A stretch of DNA of 47,963 nucleotides from an uncultured Methanosarcinaceae archaeon (lineage in GTDB: Archaea; Halobacteriota; Methanosarcinia; Methanosarcinales; Methanosarcinaceae). Each line of letters opens with the position of its first letter. Position 1 is the stretch's first letter. Where the stretch lies: positions 1 to 47,963 of the forward strand of contig CAVRJG010000073.1 in NCBI GenBank assembly GCA_963721455.1, written 5' to 3'. Under the pieces are notes generated by a model, which ran no database searches, was not told where the DNA came from, and worked only from the letters and a program-made list of their open reading frames with translations. Below are positions 10,528 through 20,075 of the stretch, one piece after another. Made by a program: the position numbers and the translations under genes.

Positions 10528-10824
10528 ATCGTTACGAAAGAAGAAGTAATTGAAGTTCTAAAGACATGCTACGACCCTGAAATTCCGATCAACCTTATTG
10601 ACCTCGGACTTGTTTATGGGGTAGAGGTAAAAGGGGACCGGGTCCATATCAAAATGACTCTAACCATGCCTGGCTGTCCTATGGGAGAGCTTATTACAGA
10701 GAACGTGAAGCGAAAGGTCGAAGCGATAGATGGAGTAAAAGAAGCAAAAATAGAGCTTGTTTGGAACCCACCGTGGACTCCTGACAGGATTTCGGAAGAA
10801 GCAATGAAGCGGATTACGGAATAA
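10528..10824 (+). CDS. Metal-sulfur cluster assembly factor (DUF59/SufT-like), 98 aa, apparent ATC start
   Basis: VTKEEVIEVLKTCYDPEIPINLIDLGLVY..MTLTMPGCP..LVWNPPWTPDRISEE; GGGGAGGG upstream of ATC; missed by ORF track. Confidence 0.9.
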   Translation: MVTKEEVIEVLKTCYDPEIPINLIDLGLVYGVEVKGDRVHIKMTLTMPGCPMGELITENVKRKVEAIDGVKEAKIELVWNPPWTPDRISEEAMKRITE

Positions 10825-10864
10825 TTACAGAATAATCAAGGAATAAAAACGTTGTACAAAAAGT

Positions 10865-11503
10865 ATGGGGGAAATAAATATGGGAAATCAGGGTATCACC
10901 GACCTGCCAATAAAAGTCAAAATGCCTGAGCCGCATGCTGCAGGTAGAAGCCGTATCGAGGAACTCATTGCAAAGCGGAGGTCCGTACGCAAATATGCCG
11001 ACAGGGAATTGTCCGAACCGCTCATTTCCCGTTTTCTCTGGGCAGCCCAGGGGATCAGTTCAAAGGAAGGTTTCAGGACATCTCCTTCTGCAGGCGCACT
11101 TTATCCGCTTGAAATCCATGTCATTGCTGGAAAAGGCAGCGGGCTTGAGCCCGGAATTTACAGGTATATCCCTGAAGAACATACCCTTGTCCGGGAAATC
11201 GCAGGAGATGTGAGGGAAAAACTTTCAAAAGCTGCTCTTTCCCAGCCCATGATCAAAAATGCTCATGTCTCAATCGTAATCTCTGCGGTTTATCCTCGAA
11301 TAACAGGCAAATACGGTAAAAGAGGAATTCGCTATGCCCATATGGAAGCAGGGCACTCTGCCCAGAACGTATATCTTCTGGGAGTAGAGCTTGGGATCGG
11401 AACCTGTTCAATAGGAGCTTTTGAGGATGAAGAGGTAAAAAAAGTGCTTAAACTGCCAGCAGATGAAGAACCTCTTTATATCCTGCCTCTGGGCTACACA
11501 TAA
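10865..11503 (+). CDS. SagB/ThcOx-type nitroreductase family protein (start may be 10880)
   Basis: RRSVRKY, LWAAQG, RTSPSAGALYPLE, EAGHSAQN. Confidence 0.92.
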   Translation: MGEINMGNQGITDLPIKVKMPEPHAAGRSRIEELIAKRRSVRKYADRELSEPLISRFLWAAQGISSKEGFRTSPSAGALYPLEIHVIAGKGSGLEPGIYRYIPEEHTLVREIAGDVREKLSKAALSQPMIKNAHVSIVISAVYPRITGKYGKRGIRYAHMEAGHSAQNVYLLGVELGIGTCSIGAFEDEEVKKVLKLPADEEPLYILPLGYT

Positions 11504-11555
11504 ACTCCTTTCAATACGTTAACACGCAAAACTGTGAACTAAGAAAAACAGAAAC

Positions 11556-12287
11556 TCAGAGGTTTCTTTTTGTCTCAGCACTCATTTCAGCGTTCTCCCT
11601 GACCAGCCTTCCTTCGGAAAAATAATATATTGCAAGCTCACCTGTGGAGAACCTGACTTCCCTTATGTCCTCATCTGAAATCCCTTCTATGTATTTGACC
11701 AGGGCTCTCAGGCTGCTCTGGTGGGCGCAGATTATCACATTTTTTCCCTCTTTTACTGCAGGCAGGATTTTCTGCTCGAAATAAGGCACTGCACGTTCAT
11801 ACACGGCTTTGAGGCTTTCTCCTTCAGGCGGACCCGGCTCAAAGTTCCACCGCCAGCAGGAAAGCTTTTCTGCCCCGTATTTTTCTTCCATTTTCTGCTT
11901 TTTCCTGCCCTGGAGCTTTCCGTAATAGCGCTCGTTTAAAGAAGCTGTGATATAAACCGGAATAAGTTCTTTGCCGAGCTTTTCGGGATAGGAGTACCAT
12001 TCAATCTTCCCTGAATCCCCTTCATCACCTGCCCTTTCATGGACAAGTACCCCTGTTTTTTTCTGCCCGGAAAGTATGATGAAAAGAGTTTCCTGCGTCC
12101 GGACAAGGTTTGAGGCAAAAGCAAGGTCCAGTTTGATATTTTCAAGTTCTACTGCGCACTCAAGAGCTTCTTCGATCCCTTTCCCGCTGAGAGGAACATC
12201 CACCCAGCCGGCAAGCCTGTCTTCAGGCTTCAAGCCGGGTTCTCCGTGCCTGACAAGTATAAGATGACCCATAGAATTATACCCCAT
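11556..12287 (-). CDS. gpmA: Histidine phosphatase superfamily, 2,3-BPG-dependent phosphoglycerate mutase-like
   Basis: LILVRHGE, GWVDVPLS, LNERYYGKLQG, PPEGESLK, AHQSSLRAL. Confidence 0.75.
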   Translation of the reverse strand: MGYNSMGHLILVRHGEPGLKPEDRLAGWVDVPLSGKGIEEALECAVELENIKLDLAFASNLVRTQETLFIILSGQKKTGVLVHERAGDEGDSGKIEWYSYPEKLGKELIPVYITASLNERYYGKLQGRKKQKMEEKYGAEKLSCWRWNFEPGPPEGESLKAVYERAVPYFEQKILPAVKEGKNVIICAHQSSLRALVKYIEGISDEDIREVRFSTGELAIYYFSEGRLVRENAEMSAETKRNL

Positions 12288-12360
12288 CGGTTAATACCGT
12301 AGACAAAAGCCAGTAAACACTCCGGTTCTGTGTTTTGAGATTTTCATGTTACCTGGTATA

Positions 12361-13005
12361 TCACTTCTTCGGTGCAGGCCTGAACTCAAGCTTCGTATCA
12401 TAGAGAAGGTGCCAGAGGTCACCTTTTTTTGCCATTCTCTCCGCATCAATTGCAGCTCCCTGCCCTTCGATCTCGAACCTGATACCCCGTTTCCCGAAAG
12501 TGACCTTCCCGAGCCTGCTTTCCATCCTGCTGTAATCAAGGGCATCGGCAAGCCGGACAAGGGCAGCCACTCTCAGGGTAAGGTCCTGCAGATCCTCAGG
12601 CATTTTCCCGAAGTCTTTTCCTTTAAGTTTCCTGAGTTTCTTTTTCCCGATCGTCTTTTTATGCAGGAAAGCCGTCCAGGCAACAACAGGCCACAGCCGT
12701 TCAGGCAGTTCGGAAGGCGGGTGCAGGCGCAGGATATCTCTTCCTGCTTTGTGATGGTCTTCAAAGTCTGTAACCGCGCCTGCATCATGAACAAGGGCAT
12801 CTATCTCCACAAACTTTCGCAGTTCGGGGTTCAGCCCGTGGATAGACTGAAGAATATCAAAAAGTTCAAGAGCATTCCTTGCCACATTATCGGCATGGCT
12901 GCGCTCGATCCCGTACTTATGGAAAAGGGCTTCCAAAGGCAGAGGTTCGGGAAATACTCCTTCCCCAGCCCGGCCATCTTCTGAAGATCTGTCATCTGAA
13001 TTCAC
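12361..13005 (-). CDS. HD-domain protein resembling the Ppx/GppA C-terminal domain
   Basis: HADNV..ALELFD, LVHDAG, HHKAG, RLADALD. Confidence 0.8.
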   Translation of the reverse strand: MNSDDRSSEDGRAGEGVFPEPLPLEALFHKYGIERSHADNVARNALELFDILQSIHGLNPELRKFVEIDALVHDAGAVTDFEDHHKAGRDILRLHPPSELPERLWPVVAWTAFLHKKTIGKKKLRKLKGKDFGKMPEDLQDLTLRVAALVRLADALDYSRMESRLGKVTFGKRGIRFEIEGQGAAIDAERMAKKGDLWHLLYDTKLEFRPAPKK

Positions 13006-13220
13006 ATTGAACTCCTATTTCATTTGTCTTTCATTTGTATTATAATTAGATTAACTTAAACTTATTTTCGACCTCTCTTCTTTATATAAACTGCATATTC
13101 TTTCTGCAATAAAACTAAACCTCGAACGTAAATATTTACACTTTACTCATTTCAGTTTTTACAATCACGGAAAATCACACAAAATGCCGACGGACACAGA
13201 AAAATTGAGCCTTTATTTGC

Positions 13221-13414
13221 AAATTAGTCCGCTTGAGCGCAGCGAAACGGACCCCGTGCTGTTGCGATTGCATCGCAACTCCCAGAAAATCTCCGATTTC
13301 CTGTGATCCCGAAGCGGAACTCGGGCGGAAAAGCTAACACATTATAAATTAGTCCTCTCGAGCGCAGCGAGAAGGACAGCGCACTGCAGAGCCGCAACTC
13401 TGCTGGCGCAACTC
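13221..13414. repeat. REP-like palindromic repeat cluster (two units)
   Basis: AAATTAGTCC(G/T)CT(T/C)GAGCGCAGCGA..GGAC units with CCCGAAGCGGAACTCGGG hairpin; homologous to 33578-33789. Confidence 0.75.
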
Positions 13415-13450
13415 GTGTATTATATATAACGTCCAGACTTTTAATAAACA

Positions 13451-14965
13451 ATGATCGAAATCAGCTTCAAGCAGGGAACTTTGCTTATACAGGGCAATGT
13501 CAGGGTTCCCAATGCAGTCTGGGACGAAAGGAGCGGAAGTTTCAGGGCTCTTGCCATGTATTACAGGGACACGGTTAACTATCTGAAAAATTCAGGAATT
13601 CAGTTTGAAGACAACGTGCTTGACCTCCTTCCCTGTCCTGACCTTGCAGCAGCATATGAGGCTTCAGGACATAAACTTAAATTAAGGGACTACCAGGCAG
13701 AAGCTCTTGTGTCCTGGAGTGAGAATGAGAAGTGGGGAGTGCTCGTTCTGCCAACAGGAAGCGGAAAAACCCTTGTTGGAATCCGGGCAATTGCAGGGTG
13801 CAATACCCCTGCCCTTGTCGTTGTCCCGACCCTTGACCTGCTTGAACAGTGGAAAAAGCAGCTTGAAGAAGCCTTTTCAATGGAAATCGGAAAGCTTGGG
13901 GGAGGAGAGAAAAAAATTCTTCCGATAACAGTTTCCACATACGACTCTGCCTATATCCACGCCGAAACTCTTGGGAACAGGTTCGGCCTCCTTATTTTTG
14001 ACGAAGTTCACCATCTGCCTGCAGCCGGGTACAGGAGCATTGCCGAGTTTTCCGCAGCCCCTTGCAGGCTCGGGCTGACAGCCACTTACGAACGGGAAGA
14101 CGAGCTGCACTCGGAACTGAACAGGCTTGTGGGGGGGAAAGTATATGAAAAGCAGGTCTCGGAACTTGCAGGCGGACATCTTGCCCCTTACAGGATTCAA
14201 CGGATAGCTATTGCACTTACGGACGAGGAACGGAAAGAGTATGAACAGCACTATTCCGTGTTCCTCAACTACCTCAGGAAAACCGGAATGGTAATGAAAG
14301 GTCAGCAGGACTTCCGGAAGCTGGTTATGAAAAGCGGGAGAGATCCTGAAGCCAGAAAAGCTCTCCTTGCAAGAAATGCGGCAAGAGACCTTGCTTTCAA
14401 CAGCGGCTCAAAACTTGTAAAACTGAAAGAAATCCTGAAAGAACATCGAGAAGACAGGATCTTCATTTTCACGGAACATAACCGGCTTGTCCACCGGATT
14501 TCCAGGGAATTTCTCATCCCTGCAATTACCTACAGGACGCCTGCAAAAGAAAGGAATTCCATTCTAGAAAAGTTCAGAACCGGAAAATACAGGGCTGTGG
14601 TCACCTCAAGGGTGCTTGACGAAGGCATCGATGTCCCTGAAGCAAACGTAGGGATTATAGCAAGCGGGACAGGCAGCAAGCGAGCATATATCCAGCGCCT
14701 CGGAAGGATCCTCAGGAAAAAAGAAGGAAAAGAAGCCGTACTCTACGAAATCATAGCCGAAGAAACAACAGAAACCGGAACTGCAAGGAGAAGAAAAGAG
14801 GCCGTTTCAGCCCGAAAAAATCCTGAAGAAAAGGCAGGACGGGGAAAAAAGGTTACAGAAAAAGAAAGTCAGGTTGATGGAAAAAAGATTGCAGACAAAG
14901 AAAATCAGATGAAAGGAAATCAAAACGCTGAAAGTCCCGGAGGTGGCTCTTCTGCTCACATCTGA
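13451..14965 (+). CDS. xpb: XPB/Rad25-like superfamily 2 DNA helicase
   Basis: LRDYQ, PTGSGKT, DEVHH, TAT..RED, LDEGIDVP, QRLGRILR. Confidence 0.92.
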   Translation: MIEISFKQGTLLIQGNVRVPNAVWDERSGSFRALAMYYRDTVNYLKNSGIQFEDNVLDLLPCPDLAAAYEASGHKLKLRDYQAEALVSWSENEKWGVLVLPTGSGKTLVGIRAIAGCNTPALVVVPTLDLLEQWKKQLEEAFSMEIGKLGGGEKKILPITVSTYDSAYIHAETLGNRFGLLIFDEVHHLPAAGYRSIAEFSAAPCRLGLTATYEREDELHSELNRLVGGKVYEKQVSELAGGHLAPYRIQRIAIALTDEERKEYEQHYSVFLNYLRKTGMVMKGQQDFRKLVMKSGRDPEARKALLARNAARDLAFNSGSKLVKLKEILKEHREDRIFIFTEHNRLVHRISREFLIPAITYRTPAKERNSILEKFRTGKYRAVVTSRVLDEGIDVPEANVGIIASGTGSKRAYIQRLGRILRKKEGKEAVLYEIIAEETTETGTARRRKEAVSARKNPEEKAGRGKKVTEKESQVDGKKIADKENQMKGNQNAESPGGGSSAHI

Positions 14966-16676
14966 CCTTCTTGTAACCCGTGTTTCCAGAGGGAAAATAA
15001 AGCCTGAATATGCAGCCTTTGACTCCGAATACCTGGAACTTGCAAGGCTTCTGATAGAAACCTTCGAGCAGCATATTGGGAAAACCTACGGGGATCTTCT
15101 GGCCGAACTTGAGGGCTATGAAGAGATGAATTACCGCTTCATAAGGGGCCTCTCTCAGCTGCTTGGAAGGCGGGCTGTGATCGAAACGGATGCTGCTGTC
15201 GATCCCTCCCTGGCCAGGGAAGCAGTCTTTGAAGCCTGCGGAGGAATGGCTCTTTCTCCTGCCGAAAAAAAAGAGGTGCTGCAAAAAGCGGCAAAAAAAC
15301 TCTCAATTTCGGTCCGGGAACTTGAAAAGGCACTCTGGGCTGACCTTGAGGAAAATCAGGTAATGAAAAGTTTCCTTCCTCTTTCGCCCGCAGAACTTCT
15401 CAAACAGTATAACATTTCCCTGACCCAGACCCTGCTTTTCCGCGCAGTTGATCTTGATATCTGGATAAAGGGCGATTTTCAGAAGATACTCTGGAAGATC
15501 CTTCGTTCGGGGCTTATGTATTCCCTGGAAGACGCTGAAGAAAACGGGGAACCAGAAGAATTAAAAGGTGTTCACCTCCATCTTGACGGCCCAGCTTCTC
15601 TTTTCCGTATGTCGGAACGCTATGGGAATTCCTTTGCAAAACTCTTCCCGGCCCTCCTTCGATCAAAAGGCTGGAGGCTGAAGGCAGGTATTCTCCACAA
15701 AGGTTACCAGGGAAAGCGCATCCTCGAGTTTACCCTTAACGACTCGGAAGAGGCTTTTAAACTCTCATCCAGAGCAATCCGATATCCGGAAGCCCTCTCT
15801 TCAGGACTTCAACTTGAAGAAGCAAAGGAAGGGTACGAAGCCGGAAAAAGGGAAGAAGCCGGGAAAGAAGATGAAACCGGATTTGAGGAAGAGGAAGTTG
15901 AAGCTCAGGAGATAGGTGCTGAAATTGAAACATATGACAGCATGCTTGAAAAGATATTCAGCAGCTTCAGTTTAGGGAGCTGGAAGGTAAAAAGGGAACC
16001 CACGATTCTCAAAGCCGGAAAATATGCTTTTGTGCCGGACTTTTCCCTTCAGAGGGACGGCATGAAGGTGTACCTGGAAATTGTGGGCTTCTGGACTCCG
16101 GAATACCTTGAAAAGAAAGTTGAGAAACTCAAGGAAGTGAAAGAACCTCTTATTCTCCTGATTGACAGAAAGCTGAAATGCTCTGAAAAAGACTTCCCTG
16201 CCCAGGAAGTGATTTTCTTTGACAAAAAGATTCCGGCAAACGAAGTCATGAAGGTGCTTAGAAAATACGAGGAAAAAAGGCTTTCAGAAGACCGGTCAAA
16301 ACTGGAGGAAAAGGAGATTCCGCTTTCAGGAGAACTGGTAAGCCTTGAGGAAATCGCAGCTGAGAGAGGAGTTCTGCTTGATGCCTTAAAAGAAGAGATT
16401 GCAGACAGGCTTGAAAAATCCAGGAAATCCGGGAATTATGTTCTCCTTGAAAACTACGTGATCCACAGGCAGCTGCTTGAGAGAATCAACCTGGAACTTG
16501 AAAAACCCGGAGCAGCGGAGACATACGCTGGCGCAGTAAAGGTTTTTGAGGGGTTCGGGCTTGACCGCAGCCTCTATTACCCTGTGCTCGAACAGCTCGG
16601 GTATAAGGTTATCTGGGCAGGGCTGAGTGAAGAAGATGCGAGGGTGAAAAAAATTAAGAGATTTAACAACGAATAG
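14943..16676 (+). CDS. bax1: DUF790 / Bax1 endonuclease, partner of XPB
   Basis: LLTSDLL start, DGPASLF..ERYG, YDSMLE, REP, VPDF, EIVGFWTPEYL; overlaps XPB 3' end. Confidence 0.88.
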   Translation: MALLLTSDLLVTRVSRGKIKPEYAAFDSEYLELARLLIETFEQHIGKTYGDLLAELEGYEEMNYRFIRGLSQLLGRRAVIETDAAVDPSLAREAVFEACGGMALSPAEKKEVLQKAAKKLSISVRELEKALWADLEENQVMKSFLPLSPAELLKQYNISLTQTLLFRAVDLDIWIKGDFQKILWKILRSGLMYSLEDAEENGEPEELKGVHLHLDGPASLFRMSERYGNSFAKLFPALLRSKGWRLKAGILHKGYQGKRILEFTLNDSEEAFKLSSRAIRYPEALSSGLQLEEAKEGYEAGKREEAGKEDETGFEEEEVEAQEIGAEIETYDSMLEKIFSSFSLGSWKVKREPTILKAGKYAFVPDFSLQRDGMKVYLEIVGFWTPEYLEKKVEKLKEVKEPLILLIDRKLKCSEKDFPAQEVIFFDKKIPANEVMKVLRKYEEKRLSEDRSKLEEKEIPLSGELVSLEEIAAERGVLLDALKEEIADRLEKSRKSGNYVLLENYVIHRQLLERINLELEKPGAAETYAGAVKVFEGFGLDRSLYYPVLEQLGYKVIWAGLSEEDARVKKIKRFNNE

Positions 16677-16773
16677 TAATTTTTCAGTGTTATTTCGGAA
16701 CCTAAAGATATTAGAAGCTAAACTCGATTTTTTTCAAAAACCTTAATAATAGTAACTTAAGTACAATATTTAT

Positions 16774-17142
16774 ATGGCAGGTCTTGCAAAAGATAATCCT
16801 TTTACTGAGCGAAACATCATCAAAAATCCAGATGAGTTTTTTGGGAGAAAGGATGAACTCAGGACAATATTTACAAGACTTAAAAAACTCCAAAGTACTT
16901 CCATTTATGGAGAAAGAAAAATTGGGAAATCATCTTTACTTTATTATGTATTTAATCAAATTCCTGAGGAACTAGGAAGCGATTACAAAGCTATATACTT
17001 TGACGTGCAGGATCCAAACTATCACACAGCTTACGATTTATTAAGAAATGTTTTAACAAAGATGGACTGTAATCCTAAGGTTATTCTAGAAAACAATACT
17101 GATGATAAAGCTAATAACAGAGAAATATATATAAAAATTTAA
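16774..17142 (+). pseudogene. Truncated P-loop ATPase (archaeal ATPase/STAND-like N-terminus)
   Basis: NPF..FFGRKDEL..GERKIGKSSLL Walker A; ends before Walker B; AT-rich. Confidence 0.7.
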
Positions 17143-17205
17143 GCTTAAATAAGCTTCTTCTCATGTTCCCAGTTCCATTTATTTCGGCTAATTTTGACTC
17201 CAGGC

Positions 17206-18090
17206 CTACTCGATATATTCCACATTCCTCTTTACAGGCTTGAATAGTTTCATGAACTCATGCACATCGTCGGGAAAATCCGTGCTTACGGAAAGCCCTA
17301 TCTCTTTTGCCTCATTTGCTGAGAGGGGAGTGCTGTGGATCATCTCCCCGCTGACCAGCTTTTCGACCACTTCATCGAGCCTGTTTTCCCCGTTTGGGCC
17401 TGGCTGTATTTTACCTTCAAGAAGCTCTTTTGCAATGTGTCTGGTGAGTTTAAGGGCTTTTCTTGAGATGTCGCTCATGACAAGGGTGGTATCGTCTGCG
17501 TTTTCTTTTTTTGTTTCTGCAGCATAGATCCAGGAAGGAGCAGGATAAGTCCCGCGCAGGAAATCTCCTATCTGGGGATCGATAGGCCCGATAACGGCAT
17601 CTTTATCCATCACGATTTCGTTTGCGGCAAGGGCGATGACTGTGCCCCCGGACATCGAGTAATGTGGAATAATGACCCTGGTCTTTTTGGGGTGCTTCCT
17701 GAGGGCACGGGCAATCTGGATGCTGGCATGGAGCTGCCCGCCTGGGGTGTGCAGGATAAGCTCAAGCGGGTAATCTTTGTACTGCCTTATCCAGCGCAGG
17801 ATCTGTTCGGCATCCTCTTCGTCTATGAACTGGTAAGCAGGCAGCCCGAAAAAAGAGACTGCTTCTCGCCTGTGAATCATGGTGAGCACTTTATAGCCGT
17901 GGCTTTTTTCCATAGCTTTCAGTCTTGCCATACGCAGCATCCGAATTCTTTTGAGCTGCGACTGTGGGTAGATTACTGCATATAGAAAGAAAAATATGAA
18001 TAAAAGAGACATTAAATCCCAGAGACTGATTGTCGAAGTGTCAAATGTAGCCAGAAGATTCCCCCGAAAACTTCCCGTGGGCACCGCCAA
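17206..18090 (-). CDS. SDH-family ClpP-fold serine protease with N-terminal TM helix
   Basis: LILHTPGG, PHYSMSGGT, LAANEI, GPIDPQ. Confidence 0.9.
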   Translation of the reverse strand: MAVPTGSFRGNLLATFDTSTISLWDLMSLLFIFFFLYAVIYPQSQLKRIRMLRMARLKAMEKSHGYKVLTMIHRREAVSFFGLPAYQFIDEEDAEQILRWIRQYKDYPLELILHTPGGQLHASIQIARALRKHPKKTRVIIPHYSMSGGTVIALAANEIVMDKDAVIGPIDPQIGDFLRGTYPAPSWIYAAETKKENADDTTLVMSDISRKALKLTRHIAKELLEGKIQPGPNGENRLDEVVEKLVSGEMIHSTPLSANEAKEIGLSVSTDFPDDVHEFMKLFKPVKRNVEYIE

Positions 18091-18325
18091 AGCTAACCAA
18101 AGGCGCGATTAAAACCCCCGGGCTTAATCCTATTATATATAGTCCTGCAGGTTTTTAATTTTTGGCTATCCGCACTGCAGGAAAAAGCGATCGTATAAGG
18201 AGATTACAAAAATCCCAGAGAAAAAGAAGGAGAAGAAAAGAAGGAGAAGAAAAGAAGGAGAAAGATATAGAAAGATATAGAAAGAGATAGATCAGCAGAA
18301 GAGATTCTGTAAACTTTACACGGTT

Positions 18326-18643
18326 TCATGGAGAAATCAGTTTGAGCCCCACTATCCCTGAGAAAATCAGAATGATGCAGACAAGCCTGCCGAAATCCAG
18401 GGACTCATTAAAGAGCAAGAACCCCAGGATAGTGGTGCCGATAATCCCGATTCCTGTCCAGACTGCATAGCCGGTCCCTATTGGAAGAGTTTTCAGGGCC
18501 TGGGAAAGGAAATAAAAGCTAAGTAACATGCAGACGGCCGTAAAGATGCTGGGATAAAGCCTCGTGAAACCTTCTGTATATTTCAGCCCGATTGCCCAGG
18601 CTGCCTCAAAAAGACCGGCAATGAAAAGAAAGACCCATTCCAT
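18326..18643 (-). CDS. sugE: SMR-family transporter, Gdx/SugE type (105 aa from ATG 18643)
   Basis: MEWVFLFIAGLFEAAWAIGLK..GFTRL..PIGTGYAVWTGIG. Confidence 0.9.
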   Translation of the reverse strand: MEWVFLFIAGLFEAAWAIGLKYTEGFTRLYPSIFTAVCMLLSFYFLSQALKTLPIGTGYAVWTGIGIIGTTILGFLLFNESLDFGRLVCIILIFSGIVGLKLISP

Positions 18644-18864
18644 TTTTGTTCCAGAACCTGCGTATGTGAATTTTATGGGATTACAGTGATGATAGCAATT
18701 GAAATGTATTAAAAGCCTCTTTCTCTTATAACCTTGCCTGAAAGAACCCCTGGAAAAACCTGTTAAATTTCTCAAAGGTAAAAATTCTCGAATCTTGAAA
18801 CCAGGACTAAAGATCGAAGGAAGCAAACAATAAGCCTTTAACCCATGCGGGATAATATTTTAAT

Positions 18865-19953
18865 ATGGCAGCCCCTAAGTACCTGAAGCGTTACCTCAAG
18901 GTGCAGAGAGACGAAATGCCTGCCCTTTTCAAGATCACGGAGAGAATTCCTGTCAGCTTCGATCCTGAAATGCCGCTTGAAGAGCTCAGGGAAATTCACA
19001 GGAAAGGCATCGTAGAATATCGGAAACTTCATGAAAACCTTGAGATCCAGGCTATGGAAGCTTTTGCCTACAAAGATCCGGCTGACAGGTTGACACTGTT
19101 TACCGAGAGCTTTCTGGAACTGCCGAAAGCCAGCCCGTCCCTCCTCGACCTTAAGGTTGAAATCGTGGACAGGATGCTGGAGAACTGCAACTGCTGCGGG
19201 TGGCGCTGCGGGGTTGACAGGAAAAAAGGCGAAAAAGGCTTCTGCAGGCTGACCGACGTTTCCCGTTATGCCTCGGAGTTCCTGCACATGGGAGAAGAAC
19301 CCGAACTTGTGCCCTCTCATACTATCTTTTTTACAGGCTGTACCTTTGCCTGCGTTTACTGCCAGAACTGGGACATCTCAACTGCCCCCGAAACCGGAAC
19401 CCGCATAGAGCCCAGGAAGCTTGCAAAGCTGATCGACCTCAGGAGAATGCACGGAGCAAGGAACGTAAATTTCGTAACCCCGACCCCTCATGCGCATACC
19501 GTCCTGAAAATTATCCGGGAAATGTCCGTAAATAACCCTGTTGTCTGGAACGCAAATATGTACCACTCCCCCGAAATTGCTGAAATTCTGGAAGGGGTCG
19601 TGGACGTCTACCTCGGGGATTTCAAATACGGAAACGACGAGTGTGCCAGAAAATATTCAAAAGTGAAGAACTACCTCGAAGTCGTCCAGCCCAACTTCGA
19701 ATTCGCCTACAAGACCGCTGAAATCCTCCTTCGTCACCTCGTTCTCCCAGGCCATCTCGAGTGCTGCACAAGACCGATTGCCGAATGGGTTGCAAAAAAT
19801 ATCCCGCAAATCAGGTTCAACCTTATGTTCCAGTACAGGCCCTCCTACCGGGCAATGGAGTATCCTGAACTGGACCGCTTCCTGACCACTGAAGAAGAGG
19901 CTGCGGCAATATATATTGTGAGAGAGGCAGGGATTGAGGATTTACTGGTCTGA
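18865..19953 (+). CDS. Radical SAM protein, PflX-like
   Basis: CNCCGWRCGVDR, HMGEEP, CTFACVYCQNWDIS (CxxxCxxC), RHLVLPGH. Confidence 0.88.
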   Translation: MAAPKYLKRYLKVQRDEMPALFKITERIPVSFDPEMPLEELREIHRKGIVEYRKLHENLEIQAMEAFAYKDPADRLTLFTESFLELPKASPSLLDLKVEIVDRMLENCNCCGWRCGVDRKKGEKGFCRLTDVSRYASEFLHMGEEPELVPSHTIFFTGCTFACVYCQNWDISTAPETGTRIEPRKLAKLIDLRRMHGARNVNFVTPTPHAHTVLKIIREMSVNNPVVWNANMYHSPEIAEILEGVVDVYLGDFKYGNDECARKYSKVKNYLEVVQPNFEFAYKTAEILLRHLVLPGHLECCTRPIAEWVAKNIPQIRFNLMFQYRPSYRAMEYPELDRFLTTEEEAAAIYIVREAGIEDLLV

Positions 19954-20075
19954 TTGTAAATGCAAATGAACTGAGTAGCTGTTGAAAAGTTAAAGGCAAA
20001 ATATGTTGGAATAATTTTTTTAGTTATAAATATATAAAAGTACGTATATATAATTTGAGTTACAAATTACTGTCT

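Noticed and set aside
12346-12984. 212-aa plus-strand ORF
   Set aside because: Antisense to the HD-domain gene; no recognisable motifs
13451-16676. Helicase-nuclease pair as a novel defence system
   Set aside because: Matches the known archaeal XPB-Bax1 pair
18220-18290. Purine-rich tandem repeats (also 7608-7665, 46241-46310)
   Set aside because: Low-complexity slippage repeats in terminator regions; no spacer or coding signal
18644-18826. 61-aa N-terminal extension of SugE in the ORF track
   Set aside because: SMR proteins are ~105 aa; ATG 18643 gives the canonical start
18644-18864. Guanidine riboswitch upstream of the Gdx/SugE gene
   Set aside because: No guanidine-I/II/III consensus (e.g. 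twin ACGR hairpins) recognisable by eye
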